DNA from: Minisyncoccota bacterium
GTDB lineage: Bacteria > Patescibacteriota > Minisyncoccia > Phycocordibacterales > SBAW01
Reading direction: 5' to 3'
DNA length: 64,000 nt
Assembly (NCBI GenBank): GCA_035546615.1
Contig: DASZWM010000002.1
Coordinates: 32,001 to 96,000 of the forward strand
A model generated the notes under the pieces. It saw only the letters and a program-made list of their open reading frames with translations. It was not told the origin of the DNA and searched no databases. The stretch's first letter is position 1; each line of letters begins with the position of its first letter. Positions 58,549 to 64,000 of this stretch are shown piece after piece. A program made the translations under genes and the position numbers.

Positions 58549-59295
58549 ATGACCGACATCCAGGGACAGAAATTTCTCGACAAGCCGTTCGTGCTTCCGG
58601 CGATACTGCTGGGCATCGGGCTTTTCCTGAGCGCCGTTGCGGTTTCCTACACTCTGTATGCGATACGCGGCCTGGATAACACGCTCTCCGTGACCGGCTC
58701 CGCCAAGCAGGACGTGAAGGCCGACAGCGCCAAGTGGACCGTGCAGGTGTTCCGCAGCGTGTCTGAGGAGGGCGTTTCCGCCGCGTACGGGCAGGTTGGC
58801 CGCGATGCCGACGCGGTCAAGGCGTACTTCGCGCAGGCGGGGATTCCGGCGGAAAGCATTACCGTTACGACCGTCGTTGCCGACCAGGACTGGAGCTATA
58901 ACCAGAACGGCGGCCCCAAGCACTACAACGTGCACGAGGACATCACGATACAGTCCGGCGATGTTGAAAAGATACAGGGCCTTTCGCAGAACATAACCGC
59001 GCTCGTTGCCAAGGGCGTTTCCATAATGCCGCAGCAGCCGCAGTATTTCGTAAGCACCCTGCCCGATCTTCGCATACAGCTTCTGGGCCAGGCGATAGCC
59101 GACGCGAAGGCCCGCGCGCAATCGATAGCAGGGACCGCGGGTGCAGGCGTCGGCCGGCTCAAGAGCGCATCAAGCGGCGTGGTTCAGGTATTGGCTCCGA
59201 ACGCGACCAACGTGGAGGATTACGGCTCGTACGACACCTCGACCATCGACAAGGAAGTGATGGTCACCGCCCGCGCGACCTTCTTGGTGAGATAA
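58549..59295 (+). CDS. SIMPL domain-containing protein (DUF541)
   Basis: N-terminal TM and SIMPL-like length and pattern. The track ORF from 58213 is an upstream extension overlapping the VKOR gene. Confidence 0.55.
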   Translation: MTDIQGQKFLDKPFVLPAILLGIGLFLSAVAVSYTLYAIRGLDNTLSVTGSAKQDVKADSAKWTVQVFRSVSEEGVSAAYGQVGRDADAVKAYFAQAGIPAESITVTTVVADQDWSYNQNGGPKHYNVHEDITIQSGDVEKIQGLSQNITALVAKGVSIMPQQPQYFVSTLPDLRIQLLGQAIADAKARAQSIAGTAGAGVGRLKSASSGVVQVLAPNATNVEDYGSYDTSTIDKEVMVTARATFLVR

Positions 59296-59298
59296 TTT

Positions 59299-60084
59299 TT
59301 AGTACGCGTAGCTCGGCCTGCGGAAGCGCTTATACGTGCGCCACAGGACGAAGAAAAACAGTATCGCAAGGAGCGGGTAGAAGATGCCCGCGCTTCCGAC
59401 GAGGAACCGCAAGATAGTGAAGAGATATAGGCTTATCGTCGCCAGAAAGAACCAGAGCGTGCCCATGATGCCGCTTGGGCTCGGGTCGGCGGTAGAGGCG
59501 CCGAGCACTTCGCCGGGCTTCTTGCCGCCTGTCGTATCTTTTGCCCACTCGATGCCGCTGTCCAGCGCATCCGCCGCTTTGGAGCGCGCGGAATCTATTG
59601 CGTTGAAGACCGGCGCGGCGGCATTGGCCGCCGCGGGGGAATATTTTTCTATCCCGTCCTGAATATCCTGGGACGATTCGACAGCCGCGGCGGAAGAGCG
59701 CGTATTCGATGACGCCGGCTTCGGCTTTGCGTCAACCTTGAACGTCGCGGATTCCTTTTCTACGACCGCGCCGGCGGGATCGGTAAGCTCCGCGGTGACC
59801 GGATGAGAGCCGGGACCCGGCTTCCAGGAAATAGAAGTCGCCGCGGCGCCCCCGGGGGAAATGGTCACGGCGACCGAGCCGATAGTGACGCCCTCGTCCG
59901 CGAATTTGACGCTTCCCGTGAATTTGTCGGCGCCCTCGTTCGCCACGACGGCGTGGATAAGCACGGTTTCGCCTTCCGTAACAGGGGTCTTTGACAGGAA
60001 CAGGGATTCCTTTGCAAAACCCGCAGCCGAGGCGGGGAGAGGGAGCATTGCCAACAGGAGAAGCGCCCACGCCGTGATTCGCAT
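59299..60084 (-). CDS. hypothetical secreted protein with C-terminal TM anchor
   Basis: Signal peptide, Ig/CARDB-like beta region, C-terminal TM. Confidence 0.35.
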   Translation of the reverse strand: MRITAWALLLLAMLPLPASAAGFAKESLFLSKTPVTEGETVLIHAVVANEGADKFTGSVKFADEGVTIGSVAVTISPGGAAATSISWKPGPGSHPVTAELTDPAGAVVEKESATFKVDAKPKPASSNTRSSAAAVESSQDIQDGIEKYSPAAANAAAPVFNAIDSARSKAADALDSGIEWAKDTTGGKKPGEVLGASTADPSPSGIMGTLWFFLATISLYLFTILRFLVGSAGIFYPLLAILFFFVLWRTYKRFRRPSYAY

Positions 60085-60107
60085 GATAGTATTGTACTAC
60101 ACAGCCT

Positions 60108-61253
60108 ATGAAGCCCGTGAAGGATTTTTTCAGGAAGGTTAAGGACCACTTCATTCCCTCCGCGCGCAATGTCTACCGTCCGCACGTGCTGCGCCGGCCG
60201 TTCCTCGTCTTTTTCCTGGCCGTCATACTCACCGCGGAAGGCGTGTTCGTATTCGACCTCGTAGCGCGCCAATACGCCTTCAATTTCCTTGCTTCGGTGC
60301 TTCCGGGCGAGGTCATCGCGCTTACCAATACCGAGCGCGTGGACAATAATGTCGGCCGGCTCAGCGAGAACGCGCTTTTGGACGCCGCCGCGCAGGCCAA
60401 GGCCGACGACATGGCGGCGAAGGGATATTTTTCGCACGTGGGGCCGGACGGCAAGGAGCCGTGGGCCTGGATAACGGGCGCAGGCTACGGCTACAACTCC
60501 GCCGGCGAGAACCTTGCCGTGCGCTTCTCCGACTCGACCGACGTGGTGAACGCATGGATGGCGTCGCCCACGCATCGCGCCAACATCGTGAAGCCGGTGT
60601 ATCAGGAAATTGGCGTCGGCGTGGCACAGGGCACCTTCCAGGGTCAGCCGGCGACCTTCGTGGTGCAGTATTTCGGTACGCCGTTATCGACCGGACTTGC
60701 AGCCGCTCCTGAACAGCGTCTGGCAGTAGCTTCCGCGCCTGCGGCTCCGGAAGAAGCAGCTTCGCCCGCTTCGGCTCCGGCGGGCGCGGCCGCCTCCGCC
60801 GACGTGCAGGGCGCGGAAACGCAAGAGGCGGCCGCTGAAGGCACGCCGCCCGTCGAGGAGCAGCCCCAAGCTGCTACCGCTCCCGAGCCCGTCACCGCAT
60901 CCGCGCCTGTTGAAGCGGCGTCTCAGCACAGCCAGACTCCCTGGAGCTCGTTCGCCCGCGAGCTGGTGCGCGGCGACGTGCAGCCGGGCGGCGCTATCTT
61001 GTGGGTGCTCGGGGGCACGGCAACGCTTCTCATAATCGCGCTTGCGCTCGCTTTCTTCGTCCACATACAGGTGCAGGCGACCGACATGCTGGTGGGCGGC
61101 GCGGTAGTGGCCGTGGTCGCCATTTCCTTCCTCGCGCTTAACGTAAAGACGCCCTACTCGGAACACGCGAACTATCAATCGGCGGCGGTGTTCGGGGCGA
61201 TGCCGCACAGCGGCGGTTTCATAGATTCGGTAGCCGCCAGCACCCAGCAGTAA
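60108..61253 (+). CDS. CAP (SCP/PR-1-like) domain protein with Ala/Pro-rich linker and C-terminal TM
   Basis: GYFSHVGPDG...GENLA...WMASPTHRANI motifs of the CAP superfamily. Confidence 0.65.
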   Translation: MKPVKDFFRKVKDHFIPSARNVYRPHVLRRPFLVFFLAVILTAEGVFVFDLVARQYAFNFLASVLPGEVIALTNTERVDNNVGRLSENALLDAAAQAKADDMAAKGYFSHVGPDGKEPWAWITGAGYGYNSAGENLAVRFSDSTDVVNAWMASPTHRANIVKPVYQEIGVGVAQGTFQGQPATFVVQYFGTPLSTGLAAAPEQRLAVASAPAAPEEAASPASAPAGAAASADVQGAETQEAAAEGTPPVEEQPQAATAPEPVTASAPVEAASQHSQTPWSSFARELVRGDVQPGGAILWVLGGTATLLIIALALAFFVHIQVQATDMLVGGAVVAVVAISFLALNVKTPYSEHANYQSAAVFGAMPHSGGFIDSVAASTQQ

Positions 61254-61260
61254 TCAGCGT

Positions 61261-61713
61261 CTACTTGGCCGATACAAAAGCGGCCCAGCGCTCGGACTTC
61301 GTAAAAAGCGGATCTTTCCAGCGTCGCTCAAATTCTTCGAGCACTAAGGAAGTCGTGCCGGTCCGAGAATCGGGATCGATAAGCGTTATTGCCCCCTTCT
61401 CTATCTTTTCAACGATAGCGTAGTGACCCCACTCAAGCACGGGCTCCGTATAGCATACGACGCAGACTTTTTCTTCCGATACCGCAGCCGCTAAGTCGTC
61501 GATAGTCCGTTTTTCAGCCGCGTCCACTGACAGTCCCAGTCCTTTTAATGCGCCGACTAATCCTTCTATAGGCGTTCCGACCTCTTCGTTTGTCTGGGCA
61601 AGGACGGCCGCTTCTTGCTGTGTTATCGTGCGTCCAAACGCGCCGAGCGTCATGGCGATAATGGCCGGACCGCAAAAGTAATCGTTTTCCTGCAATACGT
61701 GAGGAATATTCAT
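61261..61713 (-). CDS. peptidase C39-like (papain-fold) domain protein
   Basis: YFCGPAIIAMTL Cys motif and a downstream His (WGHYAIV); ATG at 61713 preferred over the track start. Confidence 0.45.
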   Translation of the reverse strand: MNIPHVLQENDYFCGPAIIAMTLGAFGRTITQQEAAVLAQTNEEVGTPIEGLVGALKGLGLSVDAAEKRTIDDLAAAVSEEKVCVVCYTEPVLEWGHYAIVEKIEKGAITLIDPDSRTGTTSLVLEEFERRWKDPLFTKSERWAAFVSAK

Positions 61714-61787
61714 GCTTGGATAGTAATACATAATGCGCGGGGATAACAGGAGTTGCTTGGGCCCCTGCGGGGGAGTACCGTATACGT

Positions 61788-62258
61788 ATGACAACACAAA
61801 CACTTATCCGGGGCATCGCGGTCACGGTCGCGCTGGCCGTCGTCCTCGTATTCTTCATCCTGTTCGGCAATCCGCTGGGCGGCGACATCCTATCCGGCTC
61901 GGTAGATCAGATGAGCGGGGGACAGCCGACCCAGCTTATCGCGCAGGACGAGGTTGTCGGCACGGGCGCGGAGGCGCGCGTGGGCGATACGCTTTCGGTC
62001 AATTACACGGGCAAGCTCGAAGACGGTACGGTATTCGACACGTCGGTCGGCCGCGGCCCGTACCCGTTCGTGCTTGGCGCCGGCGAAGTCATTCCGGGCT
62101 GGGACCAGGGGCTTGCCGGCATGAAGGTGGGCGGCAAGCGCCTCCTTATCATTCCGGCTTCGCTCGCCTACGGCTCGCAGGGCAGGGGCCCCATTCCGCC
62201 TAACGCGACGCTCATATTCGAGGTCCAGCTTGTTGGCATAACGCCGCAGGGACAGTAG
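61788..62258 (+). CDS. FKBP-type peptidyl-prolyl cis-trans isomerase
   Basis: [16 protein letters not shown]...[23 protein letters not shown]...LIFEVQL. Confidence 0.85.
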   Translation: MTTQTLIRGIAVTVALAVVLVFFILFGNPLGGDILSGSVDQMSGGQPTQLIAQDEVVGTGAEARVGDTLSVNYTGKLEDGTVFDTSVGRGPYPFVLGAGEVIPGWDQGLAGMKVGGKRLLIIPASLAYGSQGRGPIPPNATLIFEVQLVGITPQGQ

Positions 62259-62268
62259 ACTGCTTCCC

Positions 62269-63486
62269 GTGCGCCCTATTTCCTTCACTATCGAGAAAGA
62301 ACTTCCCGGCTCCCTTGCGAGGGCCGGGATTTTGAAGACCGCGCACGGGGAATTGAAGACCCCCGCCTTTATTGCCGTGGCGACCAAGGCGACGGTCAAA
62401 GGCATATCCTCGCAGAGCTTCCGGGAACTGGGCGTGCAGGGCGTTATCGCCAACACATACCATCTATACCTAAACCCGGGGGAGAAAACGGTGGAGAAGG
62501 CCGGCGGCGTGAACAAGTTTATGCAGTGGAATGGCCCGAGTATGACCGATTCGGGCGGCTTCCAGGTGTTTTCCCTGGGCGTCGGATTCGGCAAGAAGCT
62601 CTCGAAGTTCCTTCCGGAGCAGGCCTCGCCGGAAGAGGGCGTTGCGGTGTTCGACGAGGAGCTCGCGACCTCCCACGGCAAGCTCGCGGTCATCGATGAG
62701 GACGGCGTGTCCTTTACCTCGCATTTGGACGGCTCTCTCCACCGCTTCACGCCGGAGCGCTCTATCGAGATACAGCACGCGCTCGGCGCCGATATCATCT
62801 ACGCGTTCGACGAATGCACGGCGCCGAGCGCCGATTGGGACTACCAGAAGGAAGCGATGGACCGCACGCACCGCTGGGCCCGCCGGAGTCTCGCCGCGCA
62901 CCGGGGCAATGTCGCCAAGAACGCCGCGCAGGGCATCTACGGCATCGTCCAGGGCGGCCGCTACGCGGACCTGCGCATCGAGAGCGCCCGCGAGATAGCG
63001 TCGATGGATTTCGACGGCATCGGCATCGGCGGCTCCTTCAGCAAGCACGACCTGCTCGGCATCCTCGACAAGGTGAATGCGGAACTCCCCAAGGAAAAGC
63101 CGCGGTACCTATTGGGCATCGGCGAGCCGGAGGATATCTTCATCGGCGTTGCCGCGGGCATCGACACCTTCGACTGTGTGCTCCCGACGCGCACGGGCCG
63201 CACCGGCGGGCTCTATACTAGAGGCGGCAAGATACAGATCCCGAACGCACAGTACAAAGAGGACTTCACGCCGATAGACGACAAGTGCGGCTGCCCGGTC
63301 TGCACAACGTTCACTAAAAGCTATATCCACCACCTGTTCCGCAGCGGCGAAATGCTGGGGCCCATGCTCGCGAGCGAGCACAATCTCTATTTCCTGGCCA
63401 ATCTCACCGCGCGGATACGCGAATCGCTTATTGACGGGAGCTTCGATAAGTTCCGCGATGCGTTTTTAGGGGGTTATCACCGTTGA
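62269..63486 (+). CDS. tgt: queuine tRNA-ribosyltransferase
   Basis: TDSGGFQV, YAFDEC, Zn site CGCPVCTTF...H. Confidence 0.9.
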   Translation: MRPISFTIEKELPGSLARAGILKTAHGELKTPAFIAVATKATVKGISSQSFRELGVQGVIANTYHLYLNPGEKTVEKAGGVNKFMQWNGPSMTDSGGFQVFSLGVGFGKKLSKFLPEQASPEEGVAVFDEELATSHGKLAVIDEDGVSFTSHLDGSLHRFTPERSIEIQHALGADIIYAFDECTAPSADWDYQKEAMDRTHRWARRSLAAHRGNVAKNAAQGIYGIVQGGRYADLRIESAREIASMDFDGIGIGGSFSKHDLLGILDKVNAELPKEKPRYLLGIGEPEDIFIGVAAGIDTFDCVLPTRTGRTGGLYTRGGKIQIPNAQYKEDFTPIDDKCGCPVCTTFTKSYIHHLFRSGEMLGPMLASEHNLYFLANLTARIRESLIDGSFDKFRDAFLGGYHR

Positions 63487-63662
63487 CGCTGAACCGAGTG
63501 AACGTATAGTGAAAAAGTCGACGCTTTGTCCGGCACTTCCTCCCTCCGGACTCCCTGGGCGACGACCACCTTCGGACCGCCTCGCCCTCCGCGAGCGGTC
63601 CTTTTTCTTTTTTCGGCAAAATATATAAAAATACGCTGCAATATGTTAAAATGCTTGTAAAT

Positions 63663-64000
63663 GGCCAATTTCAAGCTCAAATCCGAATACGCTCCGGCCG
63701 GCGACCAACCCAAGGCTATCGAGGCGCTGGTAAAGGGTATCAAGGCGGGGGAGCGGCACCAGACGCTTCTTGGCGTTACAGGCTCCGGCAAGACATTCAC
63801 CGCGGCGAACGTCATCGCGCAAATAGACAAGCCGACGCTCGTTATCGCGCACAACAAGACGCTCGCGGCCCAGCTGGCGCAGGAGTATCGCGAGTTCTTC
63901 CCCGACGCGTCGGTGCAGTACTTCGTGTCCTACTACGACTATTACCAGCCGGAGGCGTACATCCCGCACAGCGACACCTATATAGAAAAGGAGGCGCAGA
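63663..64000 (+). CDS. uvrB: excinuclease ABC subunit B (N-terminal part, continues past window end)
   Basis: [24 protein letters not shown]...[12 protein letters not shown]...[16 protein letters not shown]. Confidence 0.9.

Overview
High-GC (about 60% by eye), gene-dense bacterial window. Many housekeeping proteins are unusually short: IF-2 is 506 aa, Rel/SpoT 516 aa, TopA 739 aa, DnaX 358 aa. The window also carries tandem TrbC/VirB2-like small pilin paralogs and many small secreted or membrane proteins. My inference, not a computed result, is a reduced-genome lineage such as CPR/Patescibacteria (Parcubacteria-like). Clear genes: infB-rbfA, clpB, a cysteine desulfurase, miaA, pyrF, parB, rel/spoT, topA, an AbrB-MFP-RND efflux operon, dprA, serS, an FtsQ-like protein, dus, dnaX, a 6-phosphogluconolactonase-like protein, DEAD-box helicase, msrA, VKOR, FKBP, tgt, the uvrB 5' end, GST, M23 and M14 peptidases, rpmG, and eight tRNAs: Leu-TAA, Leu-TAG, Lys-CTT, Tyr-GTA, Trp-CCA, Leu-CAA, Gln-TTG. 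Most unusual: (1) two families of repeated structured elements with compensatory base changes in their stems, located 3' of tRNA genes and of rbfA, all ending in an AU-rich hairpin with a GCGACGGC apex; (2) a 3.1-kb AT-rich four-gene island of membrane and secreted proteins of unknown function next to tRNA-Gln; (3) an array of four VirB2-like pilin paralogs plus a fifth fused to a Cys-rich domain; (4) a GcrA-family protein and a DnaA-like protein lacking the AAA+ domain. No CRISPR array, rRNA or recognizable transposase/integrase was seen.
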